Shown piece by piece: positions 54,518-63,796 of a stretch of 64,000 bases of DNA. The stretch lies in NCBI GenBank assembly GCA_049287005.1, contig JBAQEZ010000003.1, positions 181,958 to 245,957 of the forward strand. The letters run 5' to 3'. The stretch comes from Candidatus Moraniibacteriota bacterium (lineage in GTDB: Bacteria; Patescibacteriota; Minisyncoccia; Moranbacterales; UBA1568). The notes beneath the pieces are model-generated. The model was not told where the DNA came from. It worked only from the letters and a program-made list of their open reading frames with translations, and made no database searches. The position numbers were made by a program, and so were the translations under genes. Numbering within the stretch: position 1 is the first letter of the stretch; every line of letters starts with the position of its first letter.

Positions 54518-55534
54518 GTGCATATGTGGCATGTGTTGAAGATAATTGGTATCGTAGCATTGACAGTCGTCGCAGGCCTGTCCGCGGTATTTGGCTATTT
54601 CAATCTTGCCGGACCCGCTCCGCGTCAGGACGTGAAGTTGGGCATGACTTTTTCATCGCGCTACGCGACTGACCTGGGTCTTGATTGGAGAAAAACCTAT
54701 CTCGCGCTTCTCGATGAGGTGGGCGTGAAAAAACTCCGTCTGCCGGTCTATTGGGATCTCGTGGAAACAAGTCCGGGCGAATACCATTGGGGCGATCTTG
54801 ATTGGCAACTGGGAGAAGCAGAGAGGCATGGCGCCGATGTCATCCTCACTATCGGGCAAAGAGTGCCGCGCTGGCCGGAGTGCCATATTCCTGCTTGGGT
54901 GGATCAATCCGCGGATACCAGACAGGCCGCATTGCTGCATTTTATGGGGAAAACTGTCGAGCGTTACAAGAATAATAGAACAGTCATTACGTGGCAGGTA
55001 GAGAACGAACCGTTCTTGGTATTCTTCGGCGTGTGCCCGCCTTTGGACAGCGCTTTTTTAGATCAGGAGGTCGCTTTCGTGAAGGGTTTGGATCCTACTC
55101 GCCCAGTGCTGTTGACCGATAGTGGTGAGTTGTCATTGTGGATCAGCGCGGCCAAGCGCGGGGACATTTTTGGTACGACGATGTACCGGCATATTTGGAG
55201 CAGTAAATACGGATATATCACCTATCCGATCGGGCCGAATTTTTTTCGTGCCAAGGCGTGGTTGGTGCGTACTTTTACTCGGCAAAATAATCTCATGGTC
55301 ATCGAGCTCCAAGCGGAACCGTGGGCCTCCGGGTGGGTGGCAAATGTTTCGCTCGCGGAACAGTTCCGTACCATGGACGAAACGAAACTCAGAGAAAATG
55401 TCGAATATGCGAAGCGCGTCGGCTTTGGAGAAGTCTATCTGTGGGGCGGAGAATGGTGGTATTGGCTTAAGGTTGAGAAAGGCTATGGTGCCGTCTGGGA
55501 CGAAGGAAAAAAAATCTTTAGCGAACAACAGTAG
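54518..55534 (+). CDS. Membrane-anchored glycoside hydrolase, clan GH-A (GH5/cellulase-like TIM barrel)
   Basis: N-terminal TM. Conserved NEP acid/base motif in ITWQVENEP, and RLPVYW ... H-x-x-GDLDW features typical of GH-A barrels. Confidence 0.6.
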   Translation: MHMWHVLKIIGIVALTVVAGLSAVFGYFNLAGPAPRQDVKLGMTFSSRYATDLGLDWRKTYLALLDEVGVKKLRLPVYWDLVETSPGEYHWGDLDWQLGEAERHGADVILTIGQRVPRWPECHIPAWVDQSADTRQAALLHFMGKTVERYKNNRTVITWQVENEPFLVFFGVCPPLDSAFLDQEVAFVKGLDPTRPVLLTDSGELSLWISAAKRGDIFGTTMYRHIWSSKYGYITYPIGPNFFRAKAWLVRTFTRQNNLMVIELQAEPWASGWVANVSLAEQFRTMDETKLRENVEYAKRVGFGEVYLWGGEWWYWLKVEKGYGAVWDEGKKIFSEQQ

Positions 55535-55566
55535 CGTGAGCATTTGAATTCGGTGCTTCTGTCATT

Positions 55567-56121
55567 ATGCAAAAAAGGAAAGAACTTATTCTCGTTATTC
55601 ACAATGTCCGAAGCGCTCTCAATGTCGGCGCGTTGTTCCGGACGGCAGATGGCGCAGGAGTCAAGCGTATTTTTCTCACCGGTTATACTCCGTGCCCGCA
55701 TCCCTTGGGAGAAAGCGCTCTCCCGCCGGCCTATCTGACACCGGCACAAAAATCACTAGCGAAGACGGCTCTGGGTGCCGAAAAAATCGTCTCTTGGAAA
55801 AAATCAGTATCGCCCGGTAGGGTGCTGGCCGAGCTGCGTCAAGCGGGTTTCGCCATCGTAGCCTTGGAACAACACGAGAAGAGCATCGATTACCGAGAGT
55901 ACGCGTCAGAAGCAGGCGTAGCGCTCGTGATCGGAAACGAAGTGCGCGGGCTGGATGCGAAAATTCTCAAGCAGTGCGATGTAATTTTGGAAATCCCGAT
56001 GCGCGGAGCAAAGAATTCGCTCAACGTCTCAGTCGCCGCCGGCATTGCTCTCTATCAAATAGGGGGTATAATGGAGGCAGGGTATCCTATAAAAATAAAA
56101 ACCGTATGCTCAAAAAAATAA
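55567..56121 (+). CDS. SpoU/TrmH-family RNA 2'-O-methyltransferase
   Basis: LILVIHNVRSALNVGALFRTADGAGV ... IGNEVRGLD ... LEIPMRGAKNSLNVSVAAGIALY (SPOUT knot motifs). Confidence 0.8.
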   Translation: MQKRKELILVIHNVRSALNVGALFRTADGAGVKRIFLTGYTPCPHPLGESALPPAYLTPAQKSLAKTALGAEKIVSWKKSVSPGRVLAELRQAGFAIVALEQHEKSIDYREYASEAGVALVIGNEVRGLDAKILKQCDVILEIPMRGAKNSLNVSVAAGIALYQIGGIMEAGYPIKIKTVCSKK

Positions 56122-57563
56122 ACCTGTTTGCCGTACTGGCGATTACTTTGGTAGTCGGAGGAGTGGTCGTGTGGGGAGGATATGGTGTCAAGTTTTTTAG
56201 CGGAGCTGTTTTTGCTGAGGACCGTGCTCTCGGCGACGGAGTACCGGCAGCGGATTCAGTCAAGAAGATTGACACGCCGAAAATGACCGATACGCGTTCA
56301 GAGACGACGGTGTCACTGAAACAAGAAGAAACACAGAAAGAAGCAAAAAAAGCAGAAGAGAAGCGTTCTTCAGCGGAAACCAGCGTCAAGAATGTGTCGG
56401 GATCTGCCGTATCTTCTTCGCAAGACACCAACAAGCCCCGCGTGCAGGAGAAAAAAGTAGAAGTGACCACCAAAACCGCCGATGCGACGAAGGTGGAATA
56501 TTATATTCAGCCGAAACAAGAGAGCGTGGTGGCGTCGTCCGTAGCAAAGAAGCAGCTTCCTCAGTCTGCCTTACGGGTGGAGACACAGGAGACGAAAGCG
56601 GCGGAGGTAAAAACCACCGCGGCAGAGACGGTAGCGACAAAAAATTATCTGGGAACAGCCGCCAATGACAATCCTGGAGAGTGGAATCTGACTATTGACA
56701 CTGAAAAACGCTTGCCGAATGGCGAATATCAGATTGTTCCGAAGCTCTATCAGAAAGATGGCACGATCGTGAATGGCAAGGGGACGGCGCTTACCGTGAA
56801 TGATCCGAGGGAAACGTTATCTCCGGAGGAAAAGGTGAAATTCGAGTATTCCGAGGCAGACACGGACGGCGATGGTGTTCCGAATAAAGAGGAAATCCGT
56901 TTCGGCACCAATCCGACGCTCGCTGATTCCGACGGAGACGGTTTCCTGGATGGGGACGAAATAAAAAAAGGTTTTAACCCGCTGAAATTTTCGTCTGGCG
57001 ACAAGAGTGACAAGGTGGTGTTCGAATCTCCCAAGACGGTCGCGGCAACAACGGACAACGCCGCCGCATCGCCGGCAACAGAAAAACGGACGGTGGATGA
57101 CAGTCGTTTCACGGTCAACGCGGTCGCGATGGCCGATATTCCCGCTACCGGAGGTACACAGAAAAAGGCGGCGCGTTTTTCCGGGAAGGCTCTGCCGAAT
57201 ATTTTTGTCACGCTGTACATCTTCAGCGACCCGATTATCGTAACGGTCAAGACGGATGCGGAGGGAAATTGGACGTATGATCTGGATAAAGAGTTGCCGG
57301 ACGGAGACCATGAAGTCTACGTGGCGGTAACGGATAATGTCGGGAAAATCACCTCTCAGAGTCGGGCTTTGCCATTCGTGAAGACGGCTGACGCTATCGT
57401 GATGCAGCCACTCACCGCTGCTACGGCAGGAGAAATACAGAAGAACACCTCGCCGCTGGAGCGGTCACGAACAGAAATTATGGTGAGTGCCGCTATCATC
57501 ATTGCCAGCTTTATCGGGGTTGCCCTGGTGCTGATCGGCCGCCGATCCTCGTTTATTCGCTAA
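56106..57563 (+). CDS. Surface-anchored protein with calcium-binding (thrombospondin type 3-like) Asp repeats, an Ig-like domain, and TM segments at both termini
   Basis: Start MLKKINLFAVLAITLVVGGVVVW. DTDGDGVPNKEE ... DSDGDGFLDGDE repeats. C-terminal TM IMVSAAIIIASFIGVALVLIG followed by RRSSFIR. Confidence 0.5.
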   Translation: MLKKINLFAVLAITLVVGGVVVWGGYGVKFFSGAVFAEDRALGDGVPAADSVKKIDTPKMTDTRSETTVSLKQEETQKEAKKAEEKRSSAETSVKNVSGSAVSSSQDTNKPRVQEKKVEVTTKTADATKVEYYIQPKQESVVASSVAKKQLPQSALRVETQETKAAEVKTTAAETVATKNYLGTAANDNPGEWNLTIDTEKRLPNGEYQIVPKLYQKDGTIVNGKGTALTVNDPRETLSPEEKVKFEYSEADTDGDGVPNKEEIRFGTNPTLADSDGDGFLDGDEIKKGFNPLKFSSGDKSDKVVFESPKTVAATTDNAAASPATEKRTVDDSRFTVNAVAMADIPATGGTQKKAARFSGKALPNIFVTLYIFSDPIIVTVKTDAEGNWTYDLDKELPDGDHEVYVAVTDNVGKITSQSRALPFVKTADAIVMQPLTAATAGEIQKNTSPLERSRTEIMVSAAIIIASFIGVALVLIGRRSSFIR

Positions 57564-57567
57564 AGAC

Positions 57568-58953
57568 GTGAGCATGTTTTTTCAAGCCATCGAAAAAGGG
57601 ATAGTTTTCACGCGGAAAAATCCGACGATTCTGTATTCGCTTGCCCTCATTGTCGTCATTACGGGAGCGCTGTTCGCCAATAGCTATTATTCTCTCAAAA
57701 AATTTCAGGATACCGCCGACGCGCTCCTCAAGAGCAAGGCGGTGCTCGCGGAAAATATTTTCCGCACCCTCGGCAGCGACTTGCTGCGTGATCCCGTATC
57801 TCTCCAGGTGAAACTCGACCAAGTGAAGGAAGAGAACAGCGACGTAGCGGAAATAGCCGTCTTCAGCCGTGCCACCGACGACGATTCTTTTATTACAATC
57901 GCCGCGACGGATCAGTCGTCTATCGGTACCCCGGTTGCCGAAGTGTCTTTGCCGTATCTCATCGCTTGGCAGGATGGACGCGTCGCGTCGACGTTTCTCA
58001 CCAATGAGAACGGTGAGCGCTATTGGAATGTTGTGAAGAAAATAACGGATGCAAGCGGCCACGGACTCGGGTTGATTGTTTTCCAGCTCTCGCTCAAGGA
58101 ACATGACGCCTTCGTGGAGAAAGCCATTCTTCAGGCGTACGCGGTTTCTCTTCTCTCCCTCTTTTTTGTGCTGTTGCTTCTGATGAACCACATGCGTTTC
58201 TTTCGTTATGCGCTACGTGTGACGAAGCTGGAAGAAGTGGATCATATGAAAGACGACTTCATCTCCATGGCAAGCCATGAATTGAAAACGCCGTTGACGG
58301 TATTACGCGGGTATGTGGATCTGTTGAAAGAGAGCGTTGGCGTACCGCGTTCGGAAGAAACTGCTCAGCAGACGCAGACATATCTGGAAAACATGGACAG
58401 TTCCATCGCGCGTTTGAATGATCTGATCGAAGATATCTTGAATGTTTCCCGTATCGAACAGAACCGTCTGCCTATTGCCATCGCACCAGTGGATCTTTTG
58501 CCTCTTTTATCCGATATAGCCGCACAATTTTCCGTATTAGCGAAGAGCAAGGGGCTCATCTTCCAGTATGAACCGCAAACGCCGCTGTCAGTCGCTGCTG
58601 ATCCGGCACGCGTGAAACAGATACTGGTCAATCTTGTAGGGAATGCCGTCAAATACACGCCTCACGGGACCGTCACGCTTTCCGTGAAAGAGGCGGATGA
58701 CGCGGTTGTCGTGGAAGTAGCGGACACGGGTCTGGGTATCGCCGCCGAAGCCGTGCAGAATCTTTTCGCCAAGTTTTATCGCGTGAAAACAGGCTCCACG
58801 GCCAAGATTTCCGGCAGCGGCCTCGGCTTGTGGATCTCTCGGGAGATTGCGCGTCAGATGGGTGGAGACATCACCGTCGAGAGCATCGAGGGTGTCGGAT
58901 CGCACTTTCATCTGCGTTTGAAAAAGTTTGTGCCTCTCAAATCAGGACAATGA
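57568..58953 (+). CDS. Sensor histidine kinase with two N-terminal TMs and a periplasmic sensor loop
   Basis: H-box FISMASHELKTPLTVL, N-box LVNLVGNAVKYT, G1 VADTGLGI, G2 GSGLGLWISREI. Confidence 0.85.
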   Translation: MSMFFQAIEKGIVFTRKNPTILYSLALIVVITGALFANSYYSLKKFQDTADALLKSKAVLAENIFRTLGSDLLRDPVSLQVKLDQVKEENSDVAEIAVFSRATDDDSFITIAATDQSSIGTPVAEVSLPYLIAWQDGRVASTFLTNENGERYWNVVKKITDASGHGLGLIVFQLSLKEHDAFVEKAILQAYAVSLLSLFFVLLLLMNHMRFFRYALRVTKLEEVDHMKDDFISMASHELKTPLTVLRGYVDLLKESVGVPRSEETAQQTQTYLENMDSSIARLNDLIEDILNVSRIEQNRLPIAIAPVDLLPLLSDIAAQFSVLAKSKGLIFQYEPQTPLSVAADPARVKQILVNLVGNAVKYTPHGTVTLSVKEADDAVVVEVADTGLGIAAEAVQNLFAKFYRVKTGSTAKISGSGLGLWISREIARQMGGDITVESIEGVGSHFHLRLKKFVPLKSGQ

Positions 58954-59675
58954 AAACCAAAAAAAACAAGATCGCTATATTTGATATCGATGGAACGATT
59001 TTTCGCAAGAATCTTCATTTTGAGCTGATTAATGAGCTGTCATGGATGAAAGTTTTCCCCGCAGCAGTGCGCAATAGATTGACGGAAATCTATACCAGCT
59101 GGTTGCAACATGAGGGAACGTATGAGGATTATCGCAAGGCTCTTGTCGCGTTATATGCCGAGCATATCCAGGGGTGTTCGCAGGCAGACGTACTCAAGGC
59201 TTGCAAAGTACTGATTCCTTTTCACGCCAAGCGTACGTATATCTTTGCAGAAAAACTGATCAAAAAGCTCCGTGCCGAGGGATATCATTTGATCGCCGTG
59301 TCCGGTTCGCCTATCGAAGTGGTAGAGGAATACAACCGTCAGTATTTGAAATTCGACAATGTGTTCGGGAGCATCTATACGCTTGACGCTGAAAAGAGGT
59401 ATACTGGAGCGGCGGAATTCGAACCGTCCAGAAACAAGGGTCACGTGGTGGAACAATACGTGTACGAACACAAGCTGACGTTCAAGGACTCGTACGGCGT
59501 GGGTGATACGGAATCAGACATCAGCCTGCTCAAGCTTGTGGAAAACCCGATCGCCTTCAATCCGAACAAAAATCTGAAGGCAGTCGCTGAAAAAGAGCAT
59601 TGGAAAATAGTGGTAGAGAAAAAAGACGTTGTCTATGAAGCAACCTCGGAAGGGCTTCATGATCTCAAACTATGA
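58950..59675 (+). CDS. HAD-superfamily hydrolase (HAD-IB/PSPase-like)
   Basis: Motif I IAIFDIDGTIF, motif II in VSGSP, motif IV GVGDTESD. ATGA overlap with the kinase stop. Confidence 0.75.
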   Translation: MKTKKNKIAIFDIDGTIFRKNLHFELINELSWMKVFPAAVRNRLTEIYTSWLQHEGTYEDYRKALVALYAEHIQGCSQADVLKACKVLIPFHAKRTYIFAEKLIKKLRAEGYHLIAVSGSPIEVVEEYNRQYLKFDNVFGSIYTLDAEKRYTGAAEFEPSRNKGHVVEQYVYEHKLTFKDSYGVGDTESDISLLKLVENPIAFNPNKNLKAVAEKEHWKIVVEKKDVVYEATSEGLHDLKL

Positions 59676-59787
59676 ATCTCGGCAAGTCTCTCGACAATTT
59701 CGTACGAAGAACGTTGTGGCTGTGGCTGCCGTTTTATGCTTTTTTTGATCTCATCAAAGAGCTGGGAGAGCGATCCAGTAAGAAGAA

Positions 59788-60210
59788 ATGACGTATATGC
59801 AAGATTGGCTGAAACTATTTCCGCTTTGGTCGCGCGGAGCATCGCTCCTGTTGTGGATGGGAGTGATTTTCTTTTTTTCCTCTCTCCCCGGCAGCCCGTA
59901 TCCTTTTGAACCGACCTGGTCGTATTTTCTGGAACGCAAGAGCGCGCATGTGATGGAATACGCCGTGCTGACGATTCTCGCAGTACGCTTCGTGTACGCG
60001 GCTTTTCCGCGAGAAACTTTTTTGAACATTCTGCTGGCGGCGACGCTTTTCTCTGTCGCATACGGATCATCCGATGAATTGCATCAATTTTTCGTGCCAT
60101 ACCGCGGAGCGAAAATAAGCGATGTTCTTATAGACAGCCTCGGCGCGTTATCTCTTGCGTGCGTTTATTATGCCCTCTACCGAAAAAAGAGCCGTCTTTC
60201 GCGCCCATAA
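59788..60210 (+). CDS. VanZ-like family membrane protein
   Basis: 4 TMs, with a conserved SSDELHQFFVPYRGAKISDVLIDSLGA matching the VanZ signature (DE-x-x-Q-x-x-x-P-x-R ... D ... N/D-x-x-G). Confidence 0.65.
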   Translation: MTYMQDWLKLFPLWSRGASLLLWMGVIFFFSSLPGSPYPFEPTWSYFLERKSAHVMEYAVLTILAVRFVYAAFPRETFLNILLAATLFSVAYGSSDELHQFFVPYRGAKISDVLIDSLGALSLACVYYALYRKKSRLSRP

Positions 60211-60355
60211 AAGATGTTGGGTTGTCCGGCCTCATTTTTGGCAACGTTTATGGCGTAACGAAGCTCTTTCCTGCGTCTATCGTGGCTGAAGCTTGCGCGC
60301 CCTTTTCTTTGTTGAAACGCAGAGAAGGACTCCTGCGTCCAAAAGGAGCGCGGGA

Positions 60356-60384
60356 TTGACAAAAGTGAGTTTATCAGCTACAAT
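60356..60384 (+). promoter_or_regulatory. Consensus sigma70-type promoter TTGACA-17 nt-TACAAT upstream of nusA
   Basis: TTGACA at 60356-60361, a 17-nt spacer AAAGTGAGTTTATCAGC, TACAAT at 60379-60384. A leader of about 105 nt runs to the nusA ATG at 60497. Confidence 0.7.
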
Positions 60385-60496
60385 AGTTTATGAAAGTAAG
60401 GCTGGTATGGAAGTTCGCTCGTGGCGAGCTTTTTTCGTTCAAATGTCATATTCGGTCATAATTCGTAATTTTTTTATCCATAATTCACATATTACT

Positions 60497-61780
60497 ATGC
60501 CAAAGAAGAAACAGACCGTAGAAGAAACAGGAGCTGCTGAAGAGGGGAGTCTTTCTGGGCGCCTCGGCGAATTTGGAAGCGCGGTAATGCAGATCGCCGA
60601 AGAAAAGGGCATTTCCAAGGAACGGGTCTTGGAAGTAGTCGAGGCAGCGCTCGCGGCCGCCTACAAGAAAGACTACGGCAAGAGGGGCCAGGTAATCCGG
60701 GCGGCCTTTGACGAGGTGCAGAAAGAGGCGAAGTTTTTCTTGGTTAAAGAAATTGTCGATGAGACGACGCGTGAATTTGTCGAAGAAAACGATGAAGAGA
60801 TTGCTGACGCTCATCAGGCCAATGAAGTGAAAGAAGCGAGTGAAACGGATGAGGAGCGTTTGCCGCGCTTCAATCCAGAGCGCGATATGCTGCTTGCAGA
60901 AGCGAAGAAATTGAAAAAAGGCATCAAGCTCGGCGAAACGATCGAGTTGCCTCTCGAGAGCCACGATGAATTCGGACGAGTGGCCGCTCAGACTGCGAAG
61001 CAGGTGATTATCCAGCGTATCCGTGAAGCGGAACGTGAATCGATGTTTATCGAATACAAAGAAAAAGAAGGCCAAGTAGTCAATGGTATCGTCCAGCGTG
61101 TCGAAGGACGCAATGTCTTCGTTGATCTCGGAAAATCTATCGGCATCCTGTTTCCTTCAGAGCAGATCGAAGGAGAAAACTATCGTGTTGGACAACATTT
61201 GAAAGTGTTCCTCGTGCGAGTAGAGTCGGATACCAAGGGACCGGGGCTGCTCCTGTCGCGTATCCATCCGGAGATGGTGCGTCACTTATTTTCGCTCGAA
61301 GTGCCGGAAATCTTTACGGGTACCGTAGAGATCAAAGCCATCGCGCGTGAAGCCGGCTCTCGCACCAAGATTGCTGTTTTTTCAGCTGAAGAAGGTGTTG
61401 ATCCGATCGGCTCTTGCGTCGGGCAGAAGGGGACGCGCGTGCAGGCTATCATCGATGAATTGGGCGGAGAAAAAATCGATATTATCGAATGGAACGAGAA
61501 TGTAGAGAAGTTCATCAGTGCCGCCTTGTCGCCAGCCAAAGTGCTTTCCGTCACATTGTTTGAGGCGGAGAAGCGGGCGCTGGTGAACGTGCCAAACGAT
61601 CAGTTGTCGCTGGCGATCGGCAAGCGCGGACAAAACGTGCGTCTGGCTGCCAAGCTGACTGGTTGGAAAATCGATGTGGCAAGCGACGAAACGCTGGGCG
61701 TCAAGGAAGTTGCTCAGGAGGCAGAGGCGATTGTTTCGGAAGACGCGTCGGAAGCTGTTTCTGAGGAGGTAAAAGAATAA
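60497..61780 (+). CDS. nusA: Transcription termination/antitermination factor NusA
   Basis: N-terminal domain, S1 (VNGIVQRVEGRNVFVDLG) and tandem KH domains (GSCVGQKGTRVQAI ... SLAIGKRGQNVRLAAKLTGWKIDV), with an acidic tail. The track ORF is over-extended upstream. Confidence 0.9.
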   Translation: MPKKKQTVEETGAAEEGSLSGRLGEFGSAVMQIAEEKGISKERVLEVVEAALAAAYKKDYGKRGQVIRAAFDEVQKEAKFFLVKEIVDETTREFVEENDEEIADAHQANEVKEASETDEERLPRFNPERDMLLAEAKKLKKGIKLGETIELPLESHDEFGRVAAQTAKQVIIQRIREAERESMFIEYKEKEGQVVNGIVQRVEGRNVFVDLGKSIGILFPSEQIEGENYRVGQHLKVFLVRVESDTKGPGLLLSRIHPEMVRHLFSLEVPEIFTGTVEIKAIAREAGSRTKIAVFSAEEGVDPIGSCVGQKGTRVQAIIDELGGEKIDIIEWNENVEKFISAALSPAKVLSVTLFEAEKRALVNVPNDQLSLAIGKRGQNVRLAAKLTGWKIDVASDETLGVKEVAQEAEAIVSEDASEAVSEEVKE

Positions 61781-61818
61781 TGTATTTTTTCGGATATAAT
61801 TATTGTAAATGAAAAATT

Positions 61819-62349
61819 ATGAATTTGTGGCATGAAATTTCAGCCGGCGAAGACGTACCGAATATCATCAATGTCATTATCGAATGTCCCAAAGGCTCCA
61901 AGAATAAGTATGAGATCGATAAGGAAACCGGTCTTATCAAGCTGGATCGAGCCATGAAGACGAGCCAGGATTATCCGTTCGATTACGGGTTCGTGCCGCA
62001 AAGCTTGTGGGAAGATAATGATGCTCTCGACGTCGTATTGTTATCGACCAATCCTTTGCATCCCGGGATTCTGGTGGAAGCCCGACCGGTCGCCATTATG
62101 AATATGGTGGACTGCGGCGAAGGGGACGACAAGATCATCGCGGTTCCCAAGAGCGACCCCCGTTTTGATGAAATCCTGAATCTCGGCGATATCAATAAGC
62201 ATACGCTCAAGGAGATGCAGCATTTCTTCGAGACCTACAAGACGATTGACGGAAAAAAAGTCGTCGTAAAAGGTTTCAAGAAGAAAAGCGACGCGCTGAT
62301 CGCCGTCAAGAAAGGATTGAAAATGTACAAGGAGAAGTACGGAAAATAG
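61819..62349 (+). CDS. ppa: Inorganic pyrophosphatase (family I)
   Basis: IECPKGSKNKYEID ... DYPFDYGFVPQSLWEDNDALDVVLL ... DDKIIAV. Confidence 0.9.
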   Translation: MNLWHEISAGEDVPNIINVIIECPKGSKNKYEIDKETGLIKLDRAMKTSQDYPFDYGFVPQSLWEDNDALDVVLLSTNPLHPGILVEARPVAIMNMVDCGEGDDKIIAVPKSDPRFDEILNLGDINKHTLKEMQHFFETYKTIDGKKVVVKGFKKKSDALIAVKKGLKMYKEKYGK

Positions 62350-62397
62350 ACACGCGGCTCGTGAATCGACCGCTTAAGACGTAATTGTTCTGAAACT

Positions 62398-63687
62398 ATG
62401 GAAGTAACCGTAAAAAAACTGCCGAAATCGAAAGTGGAAATTTCCGTGACCCTGCCATGGGAAGAATGGAAGGGCGAGATGGATCATGCGGCTGAACATT
62501 TGGCGAAAGATGTGAAGGTAGCCGGTTTTCGTCCGGGCAAGGTACCGCGCGCTGTCATCGAAAAGCGTGTCGGCAAAGAGGCGATCCTCATGGAAGCGAC
62601 CGAACACGTCATCGATCATTCTTATCCCACGGTCCTCAAAGAGCACAAGATCGAGGCGATCGGTCGTCCGGAAGTGACATTGGGGAAAGTCGCTTTGGGC
62701 GAGCCATGTACCTATAGTGTGGTGACAACAGTGATGCCTGAAGTGATGCTTGCATCATGGAAAGACGCAGTGAAAAAAATCAATGCCGATTTCGCGAAAC
62801 GGCAAGATACGATTGAAGATGTGGAGATTGACGTGGAACTGGGAAAATTGGCCGATATGCGCGCGAAGCTGGTGACAGTGAATCGTGAAGCCAAGCTGGG
62901 CGACAACGTATTGGTAGATTTTTCCGTCATGCAAAGTGGCGTGCCTATCGAGAACGGGAAAAGCGAGAAGCACCCGCTGGTCTTGGGGAAGGGCGTCTTC
63001 ATTCCGGGGTTTGAAGAACAGCTGCTCGGCATGCGGGCGGGTGAGGGAAAAACATTCGAACTGACTTTCCCGGCGGAATATCACGCGAAACAGCTGGCTG
63101 GAAAACCGGCTACCTTTCAGGTGAAGCTCGGGGTGGTGCAAGAGCGCGACGTGCCGATTGTCGACGATGCTTTTGCCAAAGGGCTGGGGAGTTTCGAGTC
63201 GCTCGAGAAGTTGAAAGAAAATATGCGCGAAGGGATGCTTGAAGAGAAGACAATAAAAAGCAACGAAGATCATCGTACTACGATTCTCGACAGCCTCGTA
63301 GAAAAAGCTACCATCGATTATCCAGAAGTCCTGGTGCAGGAAGAACAATCTCGGATGGTGCGTGAATTCGAAACGCAGATCCAGTCCATGGGACTCAACT
63401 TCGCGGAGTATCTCGCTCAGACGAAGAAAACGGAAGAAGAGATGAAGAAAGAGTGGGAGCCGCAGGCGAAAAAGCGTCTGGCCGCCCATCTCATATTGAA
63501 TATGCTGGCGGATACAGAGGAGATCGATATCGATAGTCAGGAAGTCGAGGCCGAAATGAATAAAACACTCTCGAGCTACAAGAATATCAAGGACATTGAG
63601 AAGAACATCGATATGGAGCGTCTCTACAGCGCGACACGCGGACAGTTGCGCAATGCGAAAGTTTTTGAGTTTCTCGAAAAACTCTGA
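62398..63687 (+). CDS. tig: Trigger factor
   Basis: N-terminal ribosome-binding domain with GFRPGKVP, a central FKBP-like domain, and a C-terminal helical arm. Confidence 0.9.
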   Translation: MEVTVKKLPKSKVEISVTLPWEEWKGEMDHAAEHLAKDVKVAGFRPGKVPRAVIEKRVGKEAILMEATEHVIDHSYPTVLKEHKIEAIGRPEVTLGKVALGEPCTYSVVTTVMPEVMLASWKDAVKKINADFAKRQDTIEDVEIDVELGKLADMRAKLVTVNREAKLGDNVLVDFSVMQSGVPIENGKSEKHPLVLGKGVFIPGFEEQLLGMRAGEGKTFELTFPAEYHAKQLAGKPATFQVKLGVVQERDVPIVDDAFAKGLGSFESLEKLKENMREGMLEEKTIKSNEDHRTTILDSLVEKATIDYPEVLVQEEQSRMVREFETQIQSMGLNFAEYLAQTKKTEEEMKKEWEPQAKKRLAAHLILNMLADTEEIDIDSQEVEAEMNKTLSSYKNIKDIEKNIDMERLYSATRGQLRNAKVFEFLEKL

Positions 63688-63796
63688 TTTCGGATGCGAG
63701 ATGTTCGATGCATGATGAGTGGTGTATGACGGAATCTTTGAAGTTTGTCTTTCTTTATCGCTTATCCATTATCTCTTATCAATTACCCTCATTCTT

